A stretch of 47,032 bases of DNA. Source: Hydrurus foetidus (taxonomy: Eukaryota). Below the pieces are notes generated by a model. The model ran no database searches, was not told where the DNA came from, and worked only from the letters and a program-made list of their open reading frames with translations. Of the stretch, positions 11,063 to 32,543 are shown in pieces. The DNA lies in NCBI GenBank assembly GCA_900617105.1, contig UYFQ01000239.1, positions 1 to 47,032 on the forward strand, written 5' to 3'. Both the position numbers and the translations under genes were made by a program. How positions within the stretch are numbered: the first letter of the stretch is position 1; each line of letters starts with the position of its first letter.

Positions 11063-11429
11063 ACCCTCTGACCTCACGCAAATGAACGTTCGCCTTTCAT
11101 GATTCTTCAGTATCGCCAAAACACTTCGTTACTAAAAGCATTCATGCAACGTTCCTCAAGCACATGCTATGAACAACACATCTTGCTGTGGACTTTGTCT
11201 CAAGGTAGTTTCATTGTCATGAACTGTTCCGATAGCACTTTTGCATGGCTATCTGTAAACTCTAATCAGAATTTTATACGTTGTACTTCACAGTTTCGTC
11301 TACTCGATAGCTCACTGAGTTGAGACAGTAACCTGCAGCTGCTTCTCCACCTTCGCTGCGAACTCTAGAAGGTGACATCTTGTATTTAGTCTTACAATAT
11401 CATTAGCATTTCAGTAAATAGATGCAAAG

Positions 11430-11850
11430 GTGTTTGCCCCGCTAATTTATTGTTTGGGAATAAACTTGATTTGAATCGTGGTATTCTTACACCACACTTA
11501 AGTGTAGGAACACATTCAAGATTTACATATCAGATTTGATAAGTGTACAAGACAAAGTACTTGAAACTGCGGTTCAAACTTTGTTAAAAGCGGATGCTAA
11601 AAATGCCGCGTCAGCGGAATCAGCAACTGTGTTCCCCGTGGGGTCATATGTCTTATGTCGATACACTGATCGACCTCCAACTCACTTACACACTAAGTGG
11701 CAAGGCCCTTACTGTGTTGTCTCCTTTAAGAGGTCCGAGTACGTTCTCGCAAATCTTGTAAACAAAACGAAGTGTTCACGTCAAAAATTTGAAGATATTC
11801 AATTATGACCCAGAGGTAGATGTACCTGCTGACACTGCTTGTCGCGATTA
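11430..11850 (+). pseudogene. isolated gypsy integrase C-terminal fragment, same lineage as the 43184..44356 integrase
   Basis: PANLLFGNKLDLNRGIL...VFPVGSYVLCRYTDRPPTHLHTKWQGPY...ADTACRDY aligns with PASLLFGNQINLDSGIL...VFPVGSYVLARYTTQPPTRLHTLWRGPF...ADVARRDY. Confidence 0.9.
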
Positions 11851-12722
11851 CACCAACTGGTGATTTCCCCAAAGAGAAGTCAAGCAAGATACCGTACTGT
11901 ACGCTGTACGGTAGCAAGCCCGATTCCTCTTCGTTGATCACTGTTCGTTGTTTGTTCGCTGTGTTCTATTCTACAGCCGTCAGCGAACAGTGACAGAGTG
12001 TGTGACAAATCTGAGGAAACAATCACGAAGTGCAAGAGACAACTGTTGTATCGGTAGCGTCAAAAGATCGTTTGGCAAAAATGGCTGACTCAAGCAACCC
12101 ATCACCAGAAGTCATACTGCAAAGGGTCAGGAATGAGCTCCAGCAACAAATGATGCAAGGTAGCACTTTCCTTCATAATACTGTACTCTCGTTTCGAAGC
12201 ACACACTCTTCACTATGTCGATTTCCTCAAAAAAATTACAATCACAGACCTTATGAACAAAATATCAGAGAACTGCTTCCAGGTATTTAGTGTCATCTGC
12301 GTCAAGCACCATTTTCTCACAAGTGAATCAGCCTGATCCGTCATATCTCGCTTTCGATTTGACTTTTAGATCTGCACTGGGAAGAGAAATGAGGGGCTTG
12401 ACTCCTCGGAGAAAAGCTGTCTAAATAATTGCATAAATAGGTACATGGACACCATGGGCGTAGTTAATCAGACATTGGTGAATCGTGAGAGTGGTCCATA
12501 GGAGTGTTGACAGTAGAAAAAAAGACGGACGTTGATCTTTATCAAAATCGACACGCTATCGCAGACTTGTGACATTTTTAATTATCGTCGCACAATGCCT
12601 GTAGGATGAGAGATTAGCAGAATTGAAGTGCTTCAAACTATGTAAATAAAGCACATTGCTCCAAATCTGGCCTAACAATCTGAGTGCTCAGAAGAATTGC
12701 GGAGCAGTAGTGACAACTAGAT

Positions 12723-14563
12723 TCAGCTGTTCAGCTGACAATATGGTAGTCTACTCAACAACGACAACGCTGACGCAACACTAGCAGTATTAGGAGAAAC
12801 AAATCTCTTCAGGCCCGCTGCAGTTGCCCCGAGCTTGCCAAGTTGGGATATAATTGGCATCGATGAACTAATTGGCGAAAGGAAGTGCAGAGGGATGACA
12901 CCGCCTTCACTTGGGCTAATCTCTCTCAGGTGATGTCGATCCGTTAGATCCTCAACGTGTAGCCTTTTATCCCCAGACATTGAAGAGCTCGACTGCGATA
13001 GGTGCCTGTCATCTTCCGAAAGCAATGATCCTAGGGAATCCCTGCTCCTTTTCCTGACAGTCACCACTCTTGACAGCATGGTAGGCCGCCCAGAGGCAAA
13101 AGATACTGCTCCTTCTTTTCCTAGTGTACCGATGACGACTGAGTCAGGGCTTCTCTTCGTAGGATGAGACAGGTGTCTTGGTTGCTCTTCCGATTCGTTA
13201 GTTAATGCGCCTTCTATGGAGGAGTCGCTAAGTGCATCGTCTTTGACCGATCCTCTGACATCCTCCCCTTCAATCTTCTCAACCTGGTCTATTACGGCGA
13301 CTTCTCTGGACTGCTTGCTCGTTTCATCTGCAATATCTGTTGAGCTTCGTGCACTGCTCTGGGACGACGCCTTCACAGATGTAATCGGCGTGGTCCCATG
13401 AGGACGACTGAAGAGTATAAACTGGAGTATGTGGGTTACAGAATGGGCGTACCTCTATGATGGATGAATTGTTCTTGTGGGCGTTTTGAACTGAGTTTGG
13501 CTTGATCTTGGCTTTCCCAGCGGTTTTATTATATCTGAGTCGTAAGCGGTGATAAGGGGTTTTAGAAGTCGTGAAATGACTCGATCTCGAGTCGTTCACA
13601 TGAATACCTGTTTGATTTTAGAGGCGCTGCACACATGCCCGCTACTTCAACACCTCCATCTTGCCGACGGATAAAATGAGCTGCATGAGATGGTGTGTTG
13701 TGACAGTCAACGCAAACGCACGTATTACTGCAGGGCAGAGATGCCTCGAAGCACTCGCAGTATTTCTTTAAGCACATGCTCTTCCGACATTTGCATCCAC
13801 TTTTATGAGCTGGTTGCTGGGCCTGTAAGGCACGCTGGGATATAAATTGTGTCTGTAAGAATATGCCGCAGAATCAGTATTCGTAATCAGCTTCACTACA
13901 CTCACAGATAAAAACTTCGAATCGAAGGCCGACGGATTTCTGTCAAGAATTATTTTTACAGCTTCGCTCCGCCCGGCTTCATTCGAGTCCGTGTTGAAGC
14001 AATCAGTGCACCGACATAAAGGGTTACACACTCTTGCAGCATTGAAGCATTGGCAGTACCTGAAAGTTGAAGGAAATGCGACATAAAAAAGAGAGAGGAA
14101 ATTCGAGAAGATTGTGTGATCAAGACTTACAATTTGAGACACTTCGATTTCCTGCAATTACAGACGTCACCGCCAAGAATTATATCTTCATTATCTCCCT
14201 CATTCTGTGACGATTCGGACACCTTTGATGCTCTTTCATCCTGCAACTGAAAAGTATCAAGATTAGTTAAATGTCACCTGGGGACTGTGTTAGGTTACAA
14301 GCTCACCGAATCAGTGCTCCTGTCCTGGGGTAGGCAATCATCTCGCAGAAGAATAAGCATTGAGGTGAGTTTTGAGCTCATTGGTGTCTGATGATGCTGG
14401 AACTGGTCAGTCATTTGGAAGAGTTGATCGTTACTGACTGAAGCAAGTTCCCTGAGTACAATTTGCGAAAGCCTTGGAGGGCAGGCTGTACCAAGGTCAA
14501 TAGATTCAGCTGATTTGACACTCCTCTCTTTGGATTGCAGAAGTGGGCATCACCAGATTGCAT
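12723..14563 (-). CDS. tesmin/TSO1/LIN54-like CRC (two CXC domain) DNA-binding protein, multi-exon
   Basis: Spliced CXC1 CNCRKSKCLKL|YCQCFNAARVCNPLCRCTDCFN (intron 14060-14130), hinge RNPSAF, and CXC2 HKSGCKCRKSMCLKKYCECFEASLPCSNTCVCVDCHN (after intron 13823-13905). An intron at ~13408-13607 joins the Ser-rich last exon in frame. The start codon is uncertain. Confidence 0.9.
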
Positions 14564-14643
14564 GACAAAAATTACGAGATCAACAGTCCTTTCAAATCTC
14601 AAGATGAGGAATTTTGAAGTTTGAAAATATTTTCAAAAAAATG

Positions 14644-14678
14644 AAAAATCAAAAATCAAAAATCAAAAATCAAAAATC
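14644..14678. repeat. (AAAAATC)5 heptamer tandem repeat in the divergent intergenic region
   Basis: Directly visible. Confidence 0.9.
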
Positions 14679-14884
14679 AACCGTTGTATGACACGTATGT
14701 ACAGTGTACAGTATGAGGTACCGTACAACGCTTGAAGTGGAACATCAACTCAAGTCAATCTCACCTCATTCTGTCGACGATATTTCTGAGTTCCATTGCT
14801 GGAAAGCACTTTGACTGGAGGCCTTTCCAGGCAGGGCATCGTTAACTCCCGCGCTTTGGTGGCAGGCAGCGTATGTAAAGCACA

Positions 14885-17800
14885 ATGGGAAGCATGTCAT
14901 TCCGCTTCATTTTCAACGTGCTACGTTTTTCTTGGATAATACCGAGTCAATCTCTACTTTCGGTTCACAAGTCGATGACTATCCGCGAGACGTGTAGGGT
15001 GCAGTCTCCAGTCATTGCTCCTTCCTTTCTTCTCTCTGTCTCTCTTAAAGCGGCTTTTGTTGAGTCATTCGAGTTACAAAACTGGGGACTGTTCGAGCAC
15101 AGTGTCCTAAATCTAGGCTCAACTCCATTGTTCGCTGTTATTACTGGAGAAACTGGCTCTGGCAAATCAGTTCTCATCTCAGCCCTCCAATTCTTGTATT
15201 CTGGCTCTGGTAGGATGCTATTTCAATGTGGAAATTTGCATATGCAGCTCATAGATATTGTCGCAATGTTTATTTTCTTTAAATATGTACCTCAGCGGTT
15301 TAGTGTCTTTAGATCGTATGGGACGTTGATAAATCGAATTTCTGTAATTGTACAGGCTCACCCCAACGCAGGAAGATGGCCAAAGGAAAAAGTGACTACT
15401 TTCTCTCAAACACTTTTTCCAGCGACTTTTCCGACGACCCAAAAAGAAGCACAGTCACGATGAGGAAGGGTCAGGACAAGTATTCTAAATCCTACGACGA
15501 TTTGAATAAGAAGACCCTCTGCGACTTCAACGGCAAAAAAACGACGATCAAAAATATCGCTGAGGTCCTGAAGGATGGTGTTCGCTTCTGGTCGTCCGAA
15601 TCTCTGAACTTGTTGGTTTCTGGACCTGACGGCTTCGTAAATTACATCGATAAGAACTTGAATTACCATGGAGAATCAAAACTGCACAATTTAGCGGAGA
15701 CATATGCTGAGTGGATCATGTCGTACGATGCCCTAGATGAGCTGAGGGATTTAAGGAAGAGAAAAGAAGACAGTGACGAGGTCGAAGTTATTCATCAAAA
15801 TTTGAAGGAATTGACAGTTTTCGATGGAAGAGTAGAAAAGTGTTTAGGTGAAGCTTTCTCTCTTTTAAGTGAAGTCTCTGAATTATTCACGAGTGCTTCA
15901 GAGCGAGAGCGAGAGGGCAGCAGTGTCAGCGGAGCTGAAAGTCTAAATAATGTCTCAGTGGTCAGGAGTGCCTGCAGCTTAGGAGCCCTTCTTGATGAGA
16001 TTTCATCATGTGCAGCCGCAGTGATGAGAAAGAAGAGGGGCAGAGGGGCTGTGAGCTACCCTGTGGGGGGAGGGGGGGTTCCCTCTAGCACAGGAGACAT
16101 CAGTGATGATGGAGAGGAGTCAGTCAGCAGTCGACAGAGTAAGAAAAGCACAAGGACTGGTACCAGTGAGTCTGTGGAGTGCGACAGTTGGACTGTCATT
16201 CTGAATACCCTGGACTTCCTCTCTAGAATGTCTGATGCTCTGCAGAATGCTTTCTTTGAGAATGTTGAAGCGCCTAGCAGCTCTGACTCTCGGAATCGAA
16301 TCAAAGAGATCTCTAACTCCAAGACAGACTTGGACATCAGCGCTGTTAGTGACATTATAGGAGTGTACGAGAAGAGAGTTCTGAATCTACAGAAAGAGCT
16401 TGTAAAGCTCAACATCCCTAGCACTGCTTTTGACGCGAAGATGGAGTCCCTACATGAGCTATTCGGCAGCATAGAAGCTAGTGTAGCACGGGTGAAGAAG
16501 GAGATGACGGATATATCCAGTGACCTCCCCATGTCCAGGTGCCATGAAATGGTGTCGAGAATACGCACATTGAAAGTGGAGTGCGAGAAGCTTTGCAGGA
16601 GACACAGTGTCTCTGCCTACAGGGACTTGCAGAGTGAGAGTGCGAAGTGGCGCACTGACAGAGACCTGATGGAGAGCCTGGACTTCACCCTGCCTGACGC
16701 AGAGCACAAAGAGAGGCGCCTCAAAGAGACGTACATACGATCAGCACTCAGTCTCACTGAAGAGAGAATCACAGCTGCTGATTCCTTTGCAAGACGCACT
16801 AACAACATATTGCCTCGACTGGAGATGGCGGACAGGATGGTGGGGGTAAGGTTCGACATGGCTTCTCTGATTGACGGGGGGATGGATGGTGAACAGTCCG
16901 AGTCGTCGCTGACTACAGAGCATCTACTTCACCAATGGAGGCGTCTAGTGCTAAAAGGAGACAGCTTGACTGGAAGCTCCTCTGACTCTGACCCCTTGGA
17001 ACATATCAGAACAGAGCTAGTCAAGAGTATCTCCTGTCATGTCGTCCCTGGAGGGGGAGTGACTGCTAGGGGGTGGGATGACGTGTCGCTGTTCGTGCGC
17101 CCATCCATAGACAAGACGTACGTCACAGATGAGGCATCAATAGAGCACAGGGGATTTTCTGTGCGTATAGTCGTCAGCAATGCTGCTCGCCTAGAAGCTA
17201 GTGGGCTAGGTGGAGCAGCGAGAGATGTAGCAGATGATAGTGACGATGATGATGTGGGTGTGGAGGTGGACGTGCTCTCTTCAGGTGAGCGCACCCGTCT
17301 CGCCCTCGCCATGGAAACCTGTACCCTCACTGCCACAGAGTCTAAGCCACTCAGTGATCCCTCTGAGGCCGGATCCGACAGTGATGTCGAGAAGAGCCCT
17401 TCCCCCTCCCTCCTTGGAGATGGATTGGCAGACACATCGGATGATAAAGGAGCGCCATCTATGCTGAACGGCAAAATCCTAGAGAGTCTTCTTGTTTTGG
17501 ATGAAATAGACGCACATATAGGAGGTCTGTCAACTGAATGATAGCACGCTCTCTCTCTACGACACTGCATCTTCTCTACCTCATCTCATACCACTCCCAC
17601 CTTTCCTATTCTTCGTCGATCTATCATCTCCACTAGTAATTGCTGCTACTAAATTTTTGAGCCTGTCCTACTTCCATTGAAATTGTCCAAACGCATTCTT
17701 CCTCTTTTCTGATTGCCCTTCTATCCCGCATCTACACATGTAACGGTCATTCTGAATCTCAACCTCATCATTTAATCAATGCATATTCAATTCCGTGCAC

Positions 17801-18168
17801 ATCTAGGTGATGCTGCTGTTGCAGTTGCGCGACTGCTCAAGGAGCAAGGTAGGTGGCGCCAAGTAGTGCTGATCACGCACAACCCCATGGTCGCCTCCAA
17901 GGCTGATCGTCACTACGTTGTTGCGAAGACAATGGACACTAGTGCAGATAGATTAGAGAAAAAAAACAGCGACACATCAGCAAAGGCGTATCCTTATGGT
18001 GCGGGTGGAAGAGGAGTGGGGGCGAGGAGCACACTCAGTGAGGTCACGGGAGTTGCGAGGGAGAGAGAGATATCCCGCATGGTGACGGGGGGAGGGGTGC
18101 ACTCTGCGGCTGGACTGGCACTAGCCAAGGCATTGCTGTCAACATCTCCCAAGGAATATGCAGTGTGA
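14885..18168 (+). CDS. recN: RecN-like SMC-family DNA repair ATPase; exons 14885-15209, 15356-17524 and 17807-18168, with a possible extra in-frame intron at 14994-15050
   Basis: Walker A VITGETGSGKS, signature LSSGERTRL, Walker B/D-loop LVLDEIDAHIGG|DAA, H-loop QVVLITHNPMVA and C-terminal REREISRMVTG. GT-AG introns 15210-15355 and 17525-17806 join the frames exactly. Confidence 0.9.
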
Positions 18169-19073
18169 TCATTGGAGTTAGTAGGTCATTAACATGACAA
18201 CTCTCAACCCACTCGCCCAAGCTAAGTCGCTCAGAAAATTGCTAGGCGTTGCGTTGCATAGCATCTATGCGGAGTCTCAGCATGTGAGATCCAGAGTCCC
18301 TCTCTTCTGCCTCCTAGGTGAGAGAAGAAGAGAGAAGAGAAGTGCGTCATGTCGCCGCTAGCTGCAGCTGTCTCTAATCCTCATTATGAAGATGCTGGCA
18401 GCGCAGGATCAAGAGCAAGAGATCTTGAGCTGAATTTGCTTCACGTAAAGAATCTAGACACGGCACAATTCGAACTGGCAAGTGGGGTACAGCAACTAAC
18501 ATACTGGAGGGTAACAGCATAATACACAGCCACACTCAGTCAGGAAGATGCACTGTGGTACTTGAGATTCATGATGTGCGCTGTATGTCTGTGAAGAGAA
18601 GTCAAGCGCAGTCAAGTAATACTGAATATTGATGCTAATTCTTTTGCACGGATAGATGTTAGTATTTAATTTACGAGTCTAGATTATAAACAAGGGCGGG
18701 TGGAGTGCACATCGCCTGCAGGCAGATGTTGATGCTGAATAGGTGAAACACGGGTAAGATCGGGAACCATAGAATTGAACGAAATTAAATAGAATTGAAA
18801 ATATTAGAATTACAGAGCAGCAACGAGAACAGAAGAGTCGAGTCGATGTATGCAACGTCTGGAATGGACATAGGGAAGTGGTTGGGGGTATGGGGGATCA
18901 CAAGGGAGATGGAGGGAGAGGGAACGAGTAAATCATCCCGACTGAGGATTGCTCTCAACGGTGCCAATGAGAGGCCTCTACTTGCTCTTCTTGTTTCACA
19001 TTCCTTCATGCTTGTTTGCCATCGACATCTTCTACTTCGTAACCAGCACATCACCGCTCACTCTCTTACTCAC

Positions 19074-28052
<8,979 letters not shown>

Positions 28053-28703
28053 GGGGAATGTTCCCCAGTCGCTTGAATTAGATTTGAAGCTCCGCAGCTG
28101 GAGAAAATTTTACACAGTGACACTGATAATCTTGAAGATAGTCGCGCAGATTCTCCTTGAGGAAAGGTGGAACGCCTCTAAATTAGAATATACTCGATAC
28201 TCGATTGACAAACGGAAAAGTAGATGATTATTTGGGGAACAAGCGTAAAGCGTACAGTAAGCATTCAATTCGGAGATTCATCCGGATAAGAAACCGTTCT
28301 GAGAAATTTTATACGGACACAGTTTTGCGCTCTTTCGGATGTACCAGTTAATTTATTGAAAATGCATCTATTATTGTTGGTCATTTTTTAAAATCCCTCC
28401 ACCAGGCAGGGTAATTAGGCCGGTCCTTTGCCATTTCGCGATTCTGCCATTAGATTCTGAAATTATGATAGCATAATATAGGTCTATTTTGACCCTTTTT
28501 TGAGGGAATTATGCCACTTGATAATGCTACCATGCTTTTTGACGCTAGATTATGCCACTTATTGTGTAATTATGCCACTGAAAGATGCACTGTACAAAAT
28601 ATTTTTCTATGATATTGCTTGCGCAATTCGATGCCAATAACTTCTATACCCTTGATCAAGAAGAATCAAATTACTGGAAGCTTTAGTTTTAAAAATTACA
28701 AAT

Positions 28704-31254
28704 CTACACATACTGCTTTTTCTCTCGAAAATTCTCATTGTATCGTATCATAATAGAAGTCTCTTTGTAGTCGTTTAAGCACTTTCTCTGCTGATCAGTA
28801 AACAAGCAATTTAACAAGGAAAACACTCTCTCAACAGCAGCGCTTGAACACATGACTAATGCCACTTCTGCAGCTACCTTGTACCATAAAGGGAGTCTAA
28901 TGAAATATCGCCTCCAAAACAACCAACCGTCCGGATCCTCTGCATTAAAGTTGTCTGCCAAATTCTTATATGTTCTGAGTTCTGCTCGGAGACCATCCAG
29001 TGAAGTTCCCGCTATGGGAAGGTATTGAATGAAATCGACTTCTTCCTCTAGTGCCTCAAAGGTAGTCTCTTTAATAAAAGCATAACCCAGAAGGCGACAG
29101 CCTCTTAGAACGTGGAGGGTATCCCGAAATCTCGTTACTGTATCGGACTCCAGCTTTTCGAGAACGACTCTCGCTTTTAAGATAGTCATTTCAACCAAAT
29201 GCTGCTCCTCATTCAAATCGTCTTCAGCTATTTCTCTTGCGACATAACGCATAAATGAGACAAAGTCTGCCTCACCATATCTATTCACGACTGTTCTCAA
29301 ATGCCCGATAAGATTATTCCAGCTGTCATAAGCGTACGGGGAAAGAAATCCATCGCCCTCAAAATGGTTGCAGAAGTAGGCAATCGGGTCCCCAACGTCT
29401 TTGATAAAACTAACTCCAGACGGAGGATGTGTTCACCAGAAGGTAGTCCATTGGCGGCGGGGCGATTGATTATCCCTTTGAGTGTGTCCATGAGATTGGC
29501 ACATCCAACATCCTCATTGATGATAATGTCGTTGATTAATCGGAAATTATCACCAACTTGGACCGCGGTCCGGTATTCAGCCATCCGGATTTTTCATGCC
29601 TTTTTCTCCAAGCGCACGGCGTGTTGCGGCGCGCACTTTCGATCCTTGAGTCAGGCACTGACTCCAGCACTGTAGAAAGTTGTGAGCTGTATCAGTAGTT
29701 TTCTCAAACAACTTCATCGGAAGATTCGATGTGTGTGAGACACACACAAGATCACAGCATTGGGTAAAAACTGTGCTCATCACTTCGTTGGCTACTCCAT
29801 TCGTGGCACAGCCGTCGACAGTGTTGAAGCGGAGTTTCATAGGATTTTGATGAGCCATTGTCATGACTTGCTTGATAATTTGGGCAGCCAAAGAATTCCC
29901 TGTCAAAGGTTCGTCGAGAAAACTCAGTGCCAGGACTCTTTGCTGTATGGTCTTTTTATTGTCGACGAACCGCACAATCTGTGGCATTTTGAAGTCGGAA
30001 GTAAATTGATTGAAGGCACTTGATTTCGAAAATGCAGCAATCTTACCACAGCCAGAGCTTCAGCAACATTAATAGTCCCATCTGAACTGATAGAAAAGGA
30101 GTGCACGTCGTCTAATTCTCGCACAATTTCTTCGTACTCTTTCTTGTACAGCAAGGGAATCATGTCACTGCAAGCCTGCTTCGGACATTTTGCATGGCCA
30201 TCCTCGAGAAGGTCGCGGATTTCGGAGCCATTGTCGAGAAGTGCGAACGGCGTCCCTGATTTCAGGAAGGTATGACAGACGGCCATCCGGTACGCGCTTG
30301 CATCCAGAGAGAGAGTTGCGCACAACAAGTTGTTTGTAGCTTAGTAGCGTTAGTTGAGTTTTGTCCTCCTTCACCATGTTGCGTTTGTGAGTGTCATTCC
30401 TGATATGATTCTTAATGCTTGACACCTTCAGCGCTAGAACCTGATTCTTACAAACCCTGCAGCATAGTTTACCATTCACTACAGTTAGTGGTTGATCTGG
30501 GTATTCTCTGACGCGATCGAACGGTGTCTTAGATTTCAAGTTTGTCGTGACTTTTGTAGCTGCTCTTGCGTAAGTTCCTTTTGATTTCTTGACTTTTCTC
30601 TTGCGGCATAGACTGCTTTCAATCGGTAAATTTTTATCTATTTCTTTCATCTTGTCTCTTTCATCTTCCGATCCCACTTCGGGTGCAACAGACTCATCGG
30701 AGCTACTGTCATCACTACCCTCAGCGTAGTTTACCATTCACTACAGTTAGTGGTTGATCTGGGTATTCTCTGACGCGATCGAACGGTGTCTTAGATTTCA
30801 AGTTTGTCGTGACTTTTGTAGCTGCTCTTGCGTAAGTTCCTTTTGATTTCTTGACTTTTCTCTTGCGGCATAGACTGCTTTCAATCGGTAAATTTTTATC
30901 TATTTCTTTCATCTTGTCTCTTTCATCTTCCGATCCCACTTCGGGTGCAACAGACTCATCGGAGCTACTGTCATCACTACCCTCAGCGTAGTTTTTTGGA
31001 GGGACGTAGTCCACCTCATCCGCTGAGTCGTCGTCTGAAGCCTGAATTTCAATGTGTTCGAAAACCTTTTTCACACCACCTCTGACAGCGGGTACAGTAA
31101 CTCCAGATCTTGGAGTTGCTGCTGAAGTACGAGGCGAAAAAAAAGTCGAGCTGGAATGATTTGAAGCTGAGGATATTGCGGGATGTCTCTCATCTTCCTC
31201 CTGCTCCTGCTCCTGCTCAGTGCCGCTATCGTAATCTGCCGTAATCTGTTCCAT
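28704..31254 (-). pseudogene. hAT-family transposase (N-terminal Zn finger, DDE core, hATC dimerisation domain), frameshifted
   Basis: Zn finger CRVC...IKNHIRNDTH; catalytic-region motifs FSISSDGT, TVDGCATN, CVSH and RW; hATC-like FWRR...SSAAVERVFSLL. Confidence 0.9.
30465..30988. repeat. 262-bp tandem duplication inside the transposase
   Basis: 30465-30726 repeats at 30727-30988, bounded by TAGTTT microhomology; 262 is not a multiple of 3. Confidence 0.95.
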
Positions 31255-31643
31255 TTTGATGTATATGATTGTGCACGGCGATGATACGATAATTGACGAT
31301 AGATGATAGATAATGCTCCACTTTGGAAAATTGATTCAGGAATCAGGAAGTCCATGATTTAGTATCTTCGGCAGTCATTCTTTTTTCGAATAGTAGTAAG
31401 TTGGTACCAATAAAAGGGATATAAAACTCTATTTGGTCAGTTACTATGCTACCAAATTCAGCACATTACTTCTACTATGCTGCAACTATGCTACTGTAGA
31501 TGAAATTATGCCACTGCCGTAAAGATTATGCCACTTATTATCAAAATGGGTCAAATTATGCCAGGCATAATGCTAGCATAATCCAAAATCCCCGGAGGGC
31601 TAAATTATGCCAAGCATATGCCAGCAGAATCGCGAAATTGTAA

Positions 31644-31858
31644 CCGGTCCTTACGGTGTCGGATTTCAGGGAAAGTTAGAATCGGATTTCGGTTTTTGAA
31701 ATCCAATTCTGACTTTTTCGATTTCCGACGCGGAGATTGTCGAAAAATAGGCGGAATTTCCGACAATCTCCGCGTCGGAAATCGAAAAGTCAGAATTGGA
31801 TTTCAAAAACCGAAATCCGATTCTAACTTTCCCTGAAATCCGACACCGTAAGGACCGG
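31644..31858. mobile_element. 215-bp foldback MITE sharing terminal sequence with the hAT element
   Basis: Near-perfect ~100-bp arms CCGGTCCTTACGGTGTCGG...CCGACACCGTAAGGACCGG. Confidence 0.85.
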
Positions 31859-32046
31859 CCTTAAAATAGACGCCGATTTTCTATCCGGGCTGTCGCCAAT
31901 TTTTTTATCCGGATTATTCCAGGCACTTTTGAACAGAGATTTTCTCCAAGATACTTTGAGTACTGTAATGAGCTCAGAATCCACTCTAGACGCTTATTTC
32001 AAAAGTTATAGCGAAAAAAGTGCGGCGAAGTAAGGACGAAATTATA

Positions 32047-32499
32047 CCGTCGAGTGCCTATTCTTTTGCCATTTTGAAGTGAGAATAGGATTTTGACAAC
32101 GGTCAGAATCACGGAAATTTTGACGCGGTAATTGCCAACGGGAACTGCTAACTCCTCGGACATAGAGTTTCACACAAATGTGATAGTGGATTCGGAAAGA
32201 GCATAGTTATTTTAGTGACACTACCTTTTCAGTTTTCAATCTGCGATCCCCAAAATCGAGAAAATTCGATCGCAAGGGACCGAAAGTTCATTTTGGATCG
32301 CGATTTGCAGCCGATCTGCTCACCGTAGGTACATGACTATCATATATCAAAAGTTGCGGACAACTTCAGGCAATACCTGACACATCTCATCGGGGTCCCC
32401 ACTTCTCTAGTTGTCGCGAAATTGCTAGAAAACAGCCAAAAATCCTCGAAAATCTGAAAACCGGAAATCGAAAATGGCAAAAGAATAGGCACTCGACCG
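32047..32499. mobile_element. 453-bp MITE, Tc1/mariner-like (TA TSD)
   Basis: TIR C(C/G)GTCGAGTGCCTATTCTTTTGCCATTTT at both ends; TA at 32045-32046 and 32500-32501. Confidence 0.9.
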
Positions 32500-32543
32500 T
32501 ATTGAGATTACAAGCGTTCGTGGAGGAATTTAAAAACTAGGAA

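Larger units (their letters stand above)
28418..31860 (-). mobile_element. hAT-type DNA transposon with a composite right end
   Basis: Terminal GGCCGGTCCTT / AAGGACCGGCC and inner IR TTTCGCGATTCTGC / GCAGAATCGCGAAA. Subterminal TTATGCCA(C) arrays at 28500-28580 and 31500-31615. TTA flanks both ends. Confidence 0.8.

Noticed and set aside
12030..12290. Short plus-strand ORF downstream of the CXC gene
   Set aside because: No motif or verifiable exon structure.
14644..14678. Telomeric repeat
   Set aside because: AAAAATC lacks the G/C run of telomere repeats and has only five internal copies.
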